A program made the position numbers and the translations under genes. A DNA stretch of 32,000 nt from Brevibacillus fluminis (GTDB lineage Bacteria; Bacillota; Bacilli; Brevibacillales; Brevibacillaceae). Shown in pieces: positions 7,222 to 16,549 of the stretch. Within the stretch, counting starts at the first letter, position 1, and the number at the start of each line of letters is the position of its first letter. The stretch lies in assembly GCF_003710825.1 (NCBI RefSeq), contig NZ_RHHQ01000007.1, positions 391,903-423,902 of the forward strand, in the 5' to 3' direction. The notes under the pieces were generated by a model. It was not told the origin of the DNA, did not search any database, and was given only the letters and a program-made list of their open reading frames with translations.

Positions 7222-8748
7222 ATGGAACGAAGTGTAGCTAGAATGCCGGAAAGATCATTTCTTTTCGCCCTGTACCTTATCATCGTCCTTCTCTCTATCG
7301 GCCTGACGTCATTGCTTGCCAACCCGCTCTCCGCGCTTCTGGCGCCAAAACAGCTGTCTCCAGCGGTTAAAGTAGGCGGACTTTCCTTGGGTGCGCTCGA
7401 TGCAGATCAGGTCAAGGTGAGATTGCATGCGCTGCTTGAAGCGGCTAAGCAAAAACCTGTTCGAGTGGAATATGGAGAAAAGCGCTGGACGATTTCTGCA
7501 CAACAGCTAGGCATCAACTATGACGAACAAGGAATGTATGAGGACATCCTGTACGCTTCCGTCAATTCGCAGGGGATCAAAAAGATCTGGAACAGCTGGA
7601 CGAATGAACCGGTTTCCACACAAATTCCCTTTCAATTCACGTGGAACCAGGAAGCCGCAATCGAGACCTTGCAGCAAATTGCAAAAGAGGTCGACCAACA
7701 GCCGCAAAACGCAGCGTTTTCGATCCAAGGTGGGCAAATTCGCTACACCCCTCACCAAATCGGGCGGGAGTTGTCCGTTGACGAAACGGTCAAACGAATG
7801 GAAGTCGCGATGGGGACGGCGCAGCCTGAATGGACGGTTGTACTTGCGGTAAAAGAAACGCCGCCGTCTATTACAGGAGACAAGCTGGAGCAAATTACCA
7901 CGCAGCTGGCACAAGCGTCGACCGCGCTGCCAGCCGACTATAAAACCGTGCAAAAAAATCTCGAGACGCTTGTCAAGAGATTGAACGGCACGCTTTTGGC
8001 AAGTGGTAGCATGTTTTCCTTTACGAAAAAACTGGGACCGTTTGTGACGGGAGAAGATTATATGACGCTGCCAACGGCTCATCCGTTGACGGAAACGGGC
8101 GGGGTGCAGTTTGGAATCGGACAAGCCGCTTCAACGCTGTATGAAGCAGCACTTCGGTCCGGGCTTGAAATTCGGGAGCGGCATTCGCATCTGCAGCCGC
8201 AATCGTATACCACGCCGGGCCTCGATGCAGCAGTATGGGATGGACAGCTTGACCTGAAGCTGGTCAACACCTTTTCACATCCGGTTTATATCGACGCCAA
8301 AATCGAACAAAACCGTTTGTTTATCCGCCTGTACGGCAGCAAAGAGGACGTGCGGCAAACGGAAGTGCGGGTGGAGAACGTTGAAACGTTTCCAGCGAAC
8401 ACCGTTGTGCTGGTCGATGGACAGATGCATTCCTACGAACAGATGGATGCGCGTCCCGGTGTCAGCGGCGTCTTGGCGCAGGTGTTTCGTTTTACCAAGA
8501 CAGACAAGGTGCCTACTGGTACCAAACAAGAACTGGTATCGAAGGATTACTACCGGCCGATACCAAAAGTGGTATATATCGGCCCTCCCCAAACACAAAC
8601 GGAGAACGGACAAACGGGAGAGGGTACGATCGGGACAGAGCGCCCGGCAGACATTCCGCTGCAGCAAACGCCAGCAGAGGGTAACGTACAAGGTCAAGCG
8701 CCATCGGCATTTGAAAATGACCCGAACGTGATCCCCCCTTCTCCATAA
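7222..8748 (+). CDS. VanW/YoaR-family protein with an N-terminal membrane anchor
   Basis: N-terminal TM segment FLFALYLIIVLLSIGLTSLL. The VanW-like core is SMFSFTKKLGPFVTGEDYM...GGVQFGIGQAASTLYEAALRSGLEIRERHSHLQPQSYTTPGLDAAVWDGQLDLKLVNTFSHPVYI. It ends 30 nt before pilB, with no hairpin in between. Confidence 0.8.
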   Translation: MERSVARMPERSFLFALYLIIVLLSIGLTSLLANPLSALLAPKQLSPAVKVGGLSLGALDADQVKVRLHALLEAAKQKPVRVEYGEKRWTISAQQLGINYDEQGMYEDILYASVNSQGIKKIWNSWTNEPVSTQIPFQFTWNQEAAIETLQQIAKEVDQQPQNAAFSIQGGQIRYTPHQIGRELSVDETVKRMEVAMGTAQPEWTVVLAVKETPPSITGDKLEQITTQLAQASTALPADYKTVQKNLETLVKRLNGTLLASGSMFSFTKKLGPFVTGEDYMTLPTAHPLTETGGVQFGIGQAASTLYEAALRSGLEIRERHSHLQPQSYTTPGLDAAVWDGQLDLKLVNTFSHPVYIDAKIEQNRLFIRLYGSKEDVRQTEVRVENVETFPANTVVLVDGQMHSYEQMDARPGVSGVLAQVFRFTKTDKVPTGTKQELVSKDYYRPIPKVVYIGPPQTQTENGQTGEGTIGTERPADIPLQQTPAEGNVQGQAPSAFENDPNVIPPSP

Positions 8749-8778
8749 CCACGACGCATAGAAGGGAGCAAAAGCCAC

Positions 8779-10437
8779 ATGGAACGAAAAAGACTAGGCG
8801 ATCTGTTGGTTGAAAGCGGCATGATTACCGCTGAACAATTGCAAAAAGCGTTGCAAGAACAACAAGTGAGCAGACAAAAGCTGGGGGATGTGCTGCTCTC
8901 GCAAGGTTACATCTCGGAAACCCAGCTTATCGAGGTTTTGGAATTCCAGCTCGGTATCCCGCATGTCAGCTTGTTCAAATTCAAGTTCGACCAATCGTTG
9001 ACCGGCATCATCAACGAGTCGATGGCCAAGCGTTACCAGGTCATCCCGCTGAAAAAAGAAGGCAGCAAGCTGATGGTTGCGATGGCCGATCCGCTTGATT
9101 ATTTCGCACTCGACGATTTGCGAATGTCGACCGGCTTTCAAATCGAGCAGGCGATTGCGACGCGGGATGATATCCAGCGAGCGATCATGCGTTATTACAG
9201 CTTGCAGGAGTCCGTCAATGAGCTGATGGAGGATTTGCCGCAAGACCCGACGCAGATGGAAAACGAGCTGGCTGATGAAGATTCACCGATCGTCCGCCTG
9301 GTCAACCAGTTGATCCAGCAAGCGGTCCAGACGCGAGCCAGCGACATCCATTTTGACCCGCAGGAGGACAGTCTGCGCGTGCGGCTGCGGATCGACGGTC
9401 TGCTGCGTACGGAGCGAACATTGCCTCGCCATATGACCAACATCGTGACCGCGCGTCTGAAGATCATGGCGAATCTGAATATCGCCGAACGGCGGATTCC
9501 GCAGGATGGCCGCTTAAAGATGGAAATCAACATGAAGGAGATCGACATCCGCGTCTCCACGCTTCCCACCCTGTATGGAGAAAAAGTCGTGATGCGGCTT
9601 TTGGACCTGTCTACCGCGATCAGCGATGTGGAGAGGCTGGGCTTCAACAAGCGGAACATCGGATTGTTCCTGAAAATGCTGGATGTGCCGAGCGGTCTAA
9701 TCTTGATCACGGGTCCGACGGGAACGGGAAAATCCTCCACGCTCTATGCCGCTCTCAATCGGTTGAACGGCGAGGATGTAAATATCATTACGGTGGAAGA
9801 CCCGGTTGAGTATCAGCTCGAAGGAGTCAATCAGGTGCAGGTCAATCCGGCGGCAGGTATGACATTTGCCAAAGGGCTGCGTGCAATTTTGCGCCAAGAC
9901 CCTAACATCGTCATGGTGGGGGAGGTCCGCGACCTGGAGACCGCCGAAATCGCCATTCGAGCCTCCTTGACCGGACATCTGGTTCTAAGCACGCTGCATA
10001 CGAATGATGCGGTCAGCACGATCACGCGTTTAGTCGATATGGGTATCCCGCCGTTTTTGCTCTCCTCGTCGCTGACAGGGGTTGTGTCGCAGCGGCTGGT
10101 GCGCCGCATCTGTTCGGATTGCCGGACAGAAGTCGAGCCGACAGCGCATGAACGCGCCTTATTGGAACGGCGCGGCCTGCAGTGGCAAAAGCTTTACAAG
10201 GGACAAGGCTGCGGCAACTGCAGTATGACGGGTTACAGGGGACGCTTGGCGATTCACGAAGTGCTCGTGGTGGATGACGCGCTGCGTCGGATGATTTTGG
10301 AAAATCGTCCGGCTCGGGAGTATCGCCAGCATGCGGTTAAAAATGGGATGATCCTTTTGCTTGATGATGGACTGCTCAAAGTTTTGCAGGGACATACCAC
10401 CATCGATGAAGTACTGCGCGTTGCCGTAAACGAATAG
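8779..10437 (+). CDS. pilB: type IV pilus assembly (extension) ATPase PilB/GspE family
   Basis: N-terminal MERKRLGDLLVESGMITAEQLQKAL (T2SS-E N-domain). Walker A GPTGTGKSST. His box LSTLHTNDA. Cys cluster CSDC...CGNC. Confidence 0.95.
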   Translation: MERKRLGDLLVESGMITAEQLQKALQEQQVSRQKLGDVLLSQGYISETQLIEVLEFQLGIPHVSLFKFKFDQSLTGIINESMAKRYQVIPLKKEGSKLMVAMADPLDYFALDDLRMSTGFQIEQAIATRDDIQRAIMRYYSLQESVNELMEDLPQDPTQMENELADEDSPIVRLVNQLIQQAVQTRASDIHFDPQEDSLRVRLRIDGLLRTERTLPRHMTNIVTARLKIMANLNIAERRIPQDGRLKMEINMKEIDIRVSTLPTLYGEKVVMRLLDLSTAISDVERLGFNKRNIGLFLKMLDVPSGLILITGPTGTGKSSTLYAALNRLNGEDVNIITVEDPVEYQLEGVNQVQVNPAAGMTFAKGLRAILRQDPNIVMVGEVRDLETAEIAIRASLTGHLVLSTLHTNDAVSTITRLVDMGIPPFLLSSSLTGVVSQRLVRRICSDCRTEVEPTAHERALLERRGLQWQKLYKGQGCGNCSMTGYRGRLAIHEVLVVDDALRRMILENRPAREYRQHAVKNGMILLLDDGLLKVLQGHTTIDEVLRVAVNE

Positions 10438-10451
10438 GAGGGAATGGCCTC

Positions 10452-11510
10452 ATGGATGAACAGACATTTGATAGTATCCATTTGCTGAAGCTGGCGTTTT
10501 CCTCCAAGGCGTCCGACTTGCATCTTACGGTGGGGGCACCACCGATTTTTCGCGTCGATGGCGACTTGAAACGGTACGGGCAAAACCTACTCACCCCGGC
10601 GGACACCGAGAGAATCGCACAAACATTACTAAAAGCGGAACAATACGAGCATTTCCTCAAAAAAGGCGAGTTGGACTTTTCCTACGGCGTGCCCGGCGTT
10701 AGCCGCTTCCGGATCAATGCCTACATGCAGCGCTCCTGCATCGGGCTTGTCGCAAGGGTGATCCCGACCACGGTGCCAACGCTTGATCAGCTGAACATGC
10801 CCGACATTTTGCAGCGATTCGCCGAGAAGCCACAGGGATTGCTCTTGGTGACGGGGCCGACCGGTAGCGGGAAATCCACGACACTGGCCGCGGTGATCGA
10901 TTACATCAACCAAACGATGTCGCGCCACATCATTACGCTGGAGGACCCGATTGAATATTTGCACCGTCATGGGCGGTCGATCATCAATCAGCGGGAAGTC
11001 GGTTTTGATACGCACAATTTCGCCAATGGCTTGCGGGCAGCGCTGCGGCAGGACCCGGATGTAATCTTGGTCGGGGAAATGCGAGATTTGGAGACGATCC
11101 ATACGGCGATTACCGCGGCGGAGACGGGACATTTGGTGCTCGCTACGCTGCATACGTCTGACGCAAGCCAAACGATCGATCGAATCATCGACGTGTTTCC
11201 GGCACACCAGCAACCGCAAATACGCATACAGCTGGCGGCCGTGTTGCTCGGTGTCGTATCACAGAGACTGTTCCCGCGAACGGAAGGCAAAGGGCGTGTA
11301 GCCGCGACGGAAATCATGGTGAACACCCCGGCGATATCCAACCTGATACGCCAGGAGAAGGTGCACCAAATCAGAAGCATGATGCAGACAGGCAAAGCGC
11401 TCGGTATGAACACGTTGGAAATGTCGATCCAGGAGCTCTTACAAAAAGGGCTGATCTCGCCGGAAAAAGCCAAGCTCTATCTTGCTGACGAGGAGTGGGC
11501 GCATGGCTGA
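10452..11510 (+). CDS. pilT: twitching-motility (retraction) ATPase PilT
   Basis: 351 aa with no N-terminal extension. Walker A GPTGSGKSTT. LATLHTSDA. PilT-type AISNLIRQEK motif. GGAGGG RBS. Confidence 0.95.
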   Translation: MDEQTFDSIHLLKLAFSSKASDLHLTVGAPPIFRVDGDLKRYGQNLLTPADTERIAQTLLKAEQYEHFLKKGELDFSYGVPGVSRFRINAYMQRSCIGLVARVIPTTVPTLDQLNMPDILQRFAEKPQGLLLVTGPTGSGKSTTLAAVIDYINQTMSRHIITLEDPIEYLHRHGRSIINQREVGFDTHNFANGLRAALRQDPDVILVGEMRDLETIHTAITAAETGHLVLATLHTSDASQTIDRIIDVFPAHQQPQIRIQLAAVLLGVVSQRLFPRTEGKGRVAATEIMVNTPAISNLIRQEKVHQIRSMMQTGKALGMNTLEMSIQELLQKGLISPEKAKLYLADEEWAHG

Positions 11511-12711
11511 GTTTCAATACCTAGCGGTCGACGAGCTCGGGAAACGGCAGAAGGGCGTGATCGCCTCCCAAACAAAAGGGGCAGCGATCGCCGAGCTGAA
11601 AAAGCGGGGCCTGATGGTGCGGGCAATCGAAGAAAAGCCGAAATCGTTTCTGCATATGGAAATCCAGATCGGCAAACCGGTGAAAACGGAAGATTTCGTT
11701 GTCTACTGCCGACAATTCGCAACGCTGATTCGCGCAGGTGTCTCGCTAGTAGATGCCACGAATATCTTGAGCAACCAGGTCGACGGCAAAGTGCTCCGCA
11801 AAACTTTGATTGAAGTGACCGAAAAGCTGCGCAAAGGAACAGCGCTGTCGCAGGCAGTCGGCGAATTCCCGAAAATTTTTCCGCCAATTTTCATTAACAT
11901 GGTGCGGGCAGGGGAAGAAGCAGGGAATCTCGATGACGTACTGGAACGGTTGGCGATCCAATTTGAAAAAGACTATTTCACGATGGAGAAAGTGAAATCG
12001 GCCATGACGTATCCGATTGTGGTCGGCATCTTTTCCATTCTGTCGATCGCGTACCTGCTGACGAATGTCGTACCGCAATTCGCGGGTATTCTCACGGCGG
12101 CAGGCACAGAAATCCCTGCGCTGACGCGTTGGGTGATGGGTATTAGCAACAGCTTGGTCGAGCAGTGGTATTTGTGGTTGCTCGGCATCGCGGCCCTCCT
12201 ACTTGCGTGTAAGCTCATTTCGAGCAACCCGAAGGGACGATACGCGATTGATTACATGAAGTTACGGCTGCCGATTTTCGGCGTCGTGTTCCGCAAAGCC
12301 GCGATCGCCCGGTTCACCCGCACGCTCGGTTCACTGTTCAACAGCTCCGTACCTGTGCTGCAATCGCTGTCGGTCGTGGAAAGAGTCATCGGCAATGCAG
12401 TCATCGCAGAGGTCATCCGCAACTCTCGCGAAAGCCTCAGCGCCGGACAACGCCTGTCCGATCCGCTGCGCCGTTCCTGGGTATTCCCGCCGCTCGTCAC
12501 CCAAATGATCGCGATCGGCGAAGAAACAGGTGCGCTGGATCACATGCTGGGCAAGATTGCCGATTTCTACGAATCCGATGTGGAAAACACCGTAGACAAG
12601 CTCAAATCACTGATCGAACCCATCATGCTCCTCATAGTCGCAGGAGTAGTCGGCACCATCATCGCCTCGATCATGCTGCCGATGTTTAAGATTTATGAAA
12701 CGATACACTAG
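11503..12711 (+). CDS. pilC: type IV pilus platform protein PilC (T2SS-F family)
   Basis: ORF 11482..12711. ATG 11503 is preceded by GAGGAG and overlaps the pilT stop (ATGGCTGA). It has the internally duplicated GspF-like architecture with TM segments. Confidence 0.9.
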   Translation: MAEFQYLAVDELGKRQKGVIASQTKGAAIAELKKRGLMVRAIEEKPKSFLHMEIQIGKPVKTEDFVVYCRQFATLIRAGVSLVDATNILSNQVDGKVLRKTLIEVTEKLRKGTALSQAVGEFPKIFPPIFINMVRAGEEAGNLDDVLERLAIQFEKDYFTMEKVKSAMTYPIVVGIFSILSIAYLLTNVVPQFAGILTAAGTEIPALTRWVMGISNSLVEQWYLWLLGIAALLLACKLISSNPKGRYAIDYMKLRLPIFGVVFRKAAIARFTRTLGSLFNSSVPVLQSLSVVERVIGNAVIAEVIRNSRESLSAGQRLSDPLRRSWVFPPLVTQMIAIGEETGALDHMLGKIADFYESDVENTVDKLKSLIEPIMLLIVAGVVGTIIASIMLPMFKIYETIH

Positions 12712-12733
12712 GAACGGATTGGAGAGAAGGAAA

Positions 12734-13246
12734 ATGAAAAAAATGTGGGCTCGTTTGCAACGGTTGGTTAAAGAGGAAAAAGGTTTGACGCTGATTGAAC
12801 TTTTGGCGGTTATTGTTATTTTGGGGATTATTGCTGCCATTGCGGTGCCGGCGATTACGGGGATAACGAATAATACGAAACAAGAGGCTCATAAGGCGAA
12901 TGCTCATCAAATTGTTGAGGCTGCGAAACAAATGGTTGCGATTAATAATTCTTCGTTGAAATTTATAACTGATATTACGAAAGAGGGAGATATTACCGTT
13001 AATTCAAAAGGTGAAATTATTAAATTGGAAGACTTGGAATCTGCAAATTATTTTCCGAACGGTATTAAAGATCCAGTAAATCCGAGTAAAAATTATGATA
13101 GTGATAATTCATCAGTTATAGTGATTAAAGACACTAATGGCTCTTTCCAATACTATGTTACTTTGGTTGCTGATTCAAATGGAACCAAATATTTTACGAA
13201 AGTCAACGAATTAAAAATCGATACAACCGCACCTGTAAAACCTTAA
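12734..13246 (+). CDS. pilA: major type IV pilin (prepilin)
   Basis: ATG 12734 follows GGAGAGAAGG. The leader is MKKMWARLQRLVKEEKG, followed by LTLIELLAVIVILGIIAAIAVP with Glu at +5. It is small (170 aa) and lies between pilC and pilD. Confidence 0.85.
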   Translation: MKKMWARLQRLVKEEKGLTLIELLAVIVILGIIAAIAVPAITGITNNTKQEAHKANAHQIVEAAKQMVAINNSSLKFITDITKEGDITVNSKGEIIKLEDLESANYFPNGIKDPVNPSKNYDSDNSSVIVIKDTNGSFQYYVTLVADSNGTKYFTKVNELKIDTTAPVKP

Positions 13247-13301
13247 GTAAACGTAATATGTATGGAAATTTTAATTAAGTAGCCCCCCGAAAGGAGCCAT
13301 C

Positions 13302-14075
13302 ATGGCGCCACTGGATCTCTTCTTCACCCTCTTCTTCTTCATCCTGGGGCTCTGCTTTGGCTCCTTTTACAACGTAGTCGGCCTGCGCATCCCGCTGAAG
13401 CAATCAATCGTGAGCCCGCCCTCCCGCTGTCCGAAATGCGAGCGGCGGTTGAGCTTTCTCGATCTGCTGCCGGTCGCAGGCTTTCTGCTCCGACGCGGAA
13501 AATGTGCCAGCTGCAAAAAGCCAATCGCAATCATGTATCCGCTCATGGAATTGTTGGCGGGCATTTTGTTCGCGTTTGCCTATCTGCAATACAAAACGCA
13601 GCCAACAGAGCTGCTTATCGCACTTCTATTAATCTCACTTTTTATCATCGTATCGGTCAGTGACACCACCTACAGACGAATCCCCAACGCGGTGCTGCTG
13701 ACCTTCTTGCCGCTGATCGTCCTATGTCGGATCATCTGGCAGATGGATTCGTGGTACAGTTATTTGCTCGGCGGGGTGCTCGGCTTTGCGCTGCTGTTCG
13801 CTATCGCTGCCATCAAGCCGGGGGCGATGGGGATGGGTGATGTGAAGCTGCTCGGTGTATTGGGATTCGGTATCGGTTGGCAGAACGTGCTGCTCACATT
13901 ATTTCTCGGATCCGTGATCGGCTTGCTGGTCGCCATCGTTTTGCTCGTTTCGGGCAAGGTGAAATGGAAGGGCGCAATCCCGTTTGGCCCTTCTCTCTGT
14001 GCTGCGGCGCTGCTAGCATTTTTTTACGGCGATCGTTTGCTCGAAGTCTATTTATCCTTGTTCATCCAACTGTGA
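13302..14075 (+). CDS. pilD: prepilin peptidase / N-methyltransferase (A24 family)
   Basis: Cys pairs CPKC...CASC. Polytopic membrane protein. GMGDVKLLG aspartate motif. AAAGGAG RBS. Confidence 0.9.
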   Translation: MAPLDLFFTLFFFILGLCFGSFYNVVGLRIPLKQSIVSPPSRCPKCERRLSFLDLLPVAGFLLRRGKCASCKKPIAIMYPLMELLAGILFAFAYLQYKTQPTELLIALLLISLFIIVSVSDTTYRRIPNAVLLTFLPLIVLCRIIWQMDSWYSYLLGGVLGFALLFAIAAIKPGAMGMGDVKLLGVLGFGIGWQNVLLTLFLGSVIGLLVAIVLLVSGKVKWKGAIPFGPSLCAAALLAFFYGDRLLEVYLSLFIQL

Positions 14076-14085
14076 GGTGAAGGTC

Positions 14086-15180
14086 ATGTGGAAACGTCTA
14101 CTGAATGGGAATACAGCGAATTGGCAGGTCGGGCTGCACTTCCTTCCCTATGCGATCAAGCTGGCGGAGGTGCGCGCCGCCGATTCTACCTATGTGCGCA
14201 AGCAGGGGATCGTCCCGATTAATCCCGACATCATCGATAACCATGGCGTTCGCGACCGGGAATGGTTGGCTTTTGAACTGGAGAAAAAAGTGAAGGAATG
14301 GCATCTGCGCGGTAAGGAGGCCATCCTGTCTGTACCGCTTTCCAATGTTATCATTCGACGGCTGTCAATTCCGAAGGTACATGACAAGGAGATTCGCGAT
14401 CTGGTGGAGGTCGAAATCGAAAACTCGCTGCACCTACCGTTTCAAAATCCGGTGTTCGATTTTGTCAAAATCCAAAATCATCTTTTCTTGCCCAAGAAGG
14501 ACGAACAGGAAAAAAACAGCGAGAGTGCCACTGGGTATGAGCTAGAAGCTGAGCTGGAGCTTCAGCGCGAGCAAATCCAGCTGATGGTAATCGCTGCGCC
14601 GGAAGATACGGTCCAAAGCTATGTCGAAACGGTACGTAAGGCTGGTTTGAAGCCGATTGCGGTCGATATCGAGCCGCTAGCCCTGTATCGAACGCTCGAT
14701 CAGGAGTTTCCGGAAATCTCGGGAAATGGCATTTTAATGATCAACATCACCTTAGCCGGAGCGGAGGTCGCGATTTTTTCAGCAGGCTACCCGGAGTTCG
14801 TCCGCTCGGTCGAGCTGTCGGTTCCTTTTTTCAACGCGCAGCGCAGCAGAAGCTCGCTAGAAATGGCGAGACAAGCGATCGGCTTAATGGAGCGGGAAAA
14901 TCGGCTGGAAAGCTATGTGAACGACCTGAATTCGGAAATGACAAGAATCATGAACTTTTACCAATATTCCATGCACGATGGAAAACAAAAAGTCGAGCAA
15001 ATCTATGTGACGGGCGACTTTGGCGATATGCCAAAGCTGGCGGAAAAGCTGCGCAGCCGGTTTAGCATACCTGTCCATACCCCGGCTTTTTCACAAGTGG
15101 TCCGTTTGGATAAAATCAGCAGCCTGTTTGCCTTTGAAGCGGCGGTCGGTCTTGGACTAAAGGAAGTGCATAGTCGATGA
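14086..15180 (+). CDS. pilM: type IV pilus assembly protein PilM (actin/FtsA-like)
   Basis: ORF 14077..15180. ATG 14086 lies 6 nt after GAGGTG. The size and position fit PilM. It is cytoplasmic, and its stop overlaps the pilN start (ATGA). Confidence 0.85.
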   Translation: MWKRLLNGNTANWQVGLHFLPYAIKLAEVRAADSTYVRKQGIVPINPDIIDNHGVRDREWLAFELEKKVKEWHLRGKEAILSVPLSNVIIRRLSIPKVHDKEIRDLVEVEIENSLHLPFQNPVFDFVKIQNHLFLPKKDEQEKNSESATGYELEAELELQREQIQLMVIAAPEDTVQSYVETVRKAGLKPIAVDIEPLALYRTLDQEFPEISGNGILMINITLAGAEVAIFSAGYPEFVRSVELSVPFFNAQRSRSSLEMARQAIGLMERENRLESYVNDLNSEMTRIMNFYQYSMHDGKQKVEQIYVTGDFGDMPKLAEKLRSRFSIPVHTPAFSQVVRLDKISSLFAFEAAVGLGLKEVHSR

Positions 15181-15812
15181 GCGCTCACATTCAGATTAAC
15201 CTTTTGCCACGGCCCAAACGAAAAATACGTCAAATTCCAATCATATTGCTGCTCGGTATTCTTGTGATCGGGGCGGGCAGCTGGTATTTGCTAAGGGACT
15301 ATCAGGCGGCGGTCCGTGACAATGCCGCGCTCGAAGCGCAAATTCACGCGGTCAAAGCCCAAAAAGAAGCGTTGCAACAGACAATGACGCAAGCCAACCA
15401 AAAGCCAGCTGATAAAGTGGATGCGACGGCATATCTTGCGCTGCCGCAATTAATCCAGAATGCGTCGGTTTCGACCGATTTTCTTTTGGACCGATTAGCG
15501 GAGCTGTTGCCTGCGGACAGTGTAATCAGTACCGTTGAATTCAAGGAACCGGACCAGGTGAAGGTTAGTGGAAAATTCAGCACGGTCGAAGAGGCGGTCA
15601 GTTTCATCCAAGCTGTTGACCATTCTGCTTATTTCTCGATGGCAAAGATCGGGTCAGTCAGTGTAAGCAAAGACCAAAAAGCGTTGGTAGAATCCGTGAT
15701 CGGGCAAAAAGTCGCTCCGTTTTACATGCTGTCCTTTGAATTGGTGGTCAAGAAGAATCAGGTCACGGGTTCGCCGAATGCACAGCCAGCGACCCCACCC
15801 CAGGGACAATAA
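15177..15812 (+). CDS. pilN: PilN-like pilus assembly protein
   Basis: N-terminal IQINLLPRPKRK motif followed by a single TM segment (IPIILLLGILVIGAGSWYLL) and a coiled-coil region. Confidence 0.75.
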   Translation: MSAHIQINLLPRPKRKIRQIPIILLLGILVIGAGSWYLLRDYQAAVRDNAALEAQIHAVKAQKEALQQTMTQANQKPADKVDATAYLALPQLIQNASVSTDFLLDRLAELLPADSVISTVEFKEPDQVKVSGKFSTVEEAVSFIQAVDHSAYFSMAKIGSVSVSKDQKALVESVIGQKVAPFYMLSFELVVKKNQVTGSPNAQPATPPQGQ

Positions 15813-15841
15813 CACACCAAAAAGGAGAGGAGAAATGTGGC

Positions 15842-16549
15842 ATGACGATCAGTCGACAGACACTGCTTTTGGTGCTGATGTTATTTTTCCTTGCTGGGGG
15901 TGCGTTTTATTACTTCACTCTCATGCCGCTAAAAGCGAAGTCAGCCCAGCTCTCCGCAGATTTAGAGAAGGAAGAGTCGTATCTTGCAGCACTTAAAAAA
16001 GCAGACGTGAAAAACAAGGAGCAGGAAGTGGCAACGCTCCCGCCAAAGTTCCAAAACCAAGTACCAGAAGCCCCCTATCTTGAGCAAATCATGCTGGACA
16101 TGACCCGTTTGCAAACTATCAGTGGAGTTGAGATGGATGGGATCGGACTGTCCAACAGCTTGGAAAATACAGCGGATCAAACTGGCCAAGGCAAACCAAA
16201 AGCCACGAAGTTTACGCCGATCGGAAAGGCGGCAGGGCAAGAGGGACCCACGTTTACCGGATTGGAGAACGTAAGCATCTCGACGAAAATTACGGGCAGC
16301 TATGCGCAGGTACACCGCTTTTTCCAAGAGGTGAACCAGTTGCCTCGGGTGATTCGCATCGATCAGGTCAAAATCACGTCAAATGGCGGGAACAATCTGA
16401 TAGAGCTGCGCCCTTCGGCCGATGTGCAGAAATTCACCGCTGATGTGACGATGGAAGCGTTCTTCTCACCAGCGCTCGCACCTTACTTCCCGAATCGTTT
16501 GCCGATTGTCGTAGCGCCACCGGCCAAACATGTCAGTCCATTTGAATAA
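15842..16549 (+). CDS. pilO: PilO-like pilus assembly protein
   Basis: GGAGAGGAG RBS. Single TM segment (LLLVLMLFFLAGGAFYYFTL). Coiled coil. The C-terminal GSYAQVHRFFQEVNQLPRVIRIDQVKI is typical of PilO. Confidence 0.65.
   Translation: MTISRQTLLLVLMLFFLAGGAFYYFTLMPLKAKSAQLSADLEKEESYLAALKKADVKNKEQEVATLPPKFQNQVPEAPYLEQIMLDMTRLQTISGVEMDGIGLSNSLENTADQTGQGKPKATKFTPIGKAAGQEGPTFTGLENVSISTKITGSYAQVHRFFQEVNQLPRVIRIDQVKITSNGGNNLIELRPSADVQKFTADVTMEAFFSPALAPYFPNRLPIVVAPPAKHVSPFE

Noticed and set aside
7507-11473. Several 150-205-aa minus-strand ORFs antisense to the VanW gene, pilB and pilT.
   Set aside because: They are Arg-rich, low-information translations without RBSs. They lie opposite genes with unmistakable motifs.
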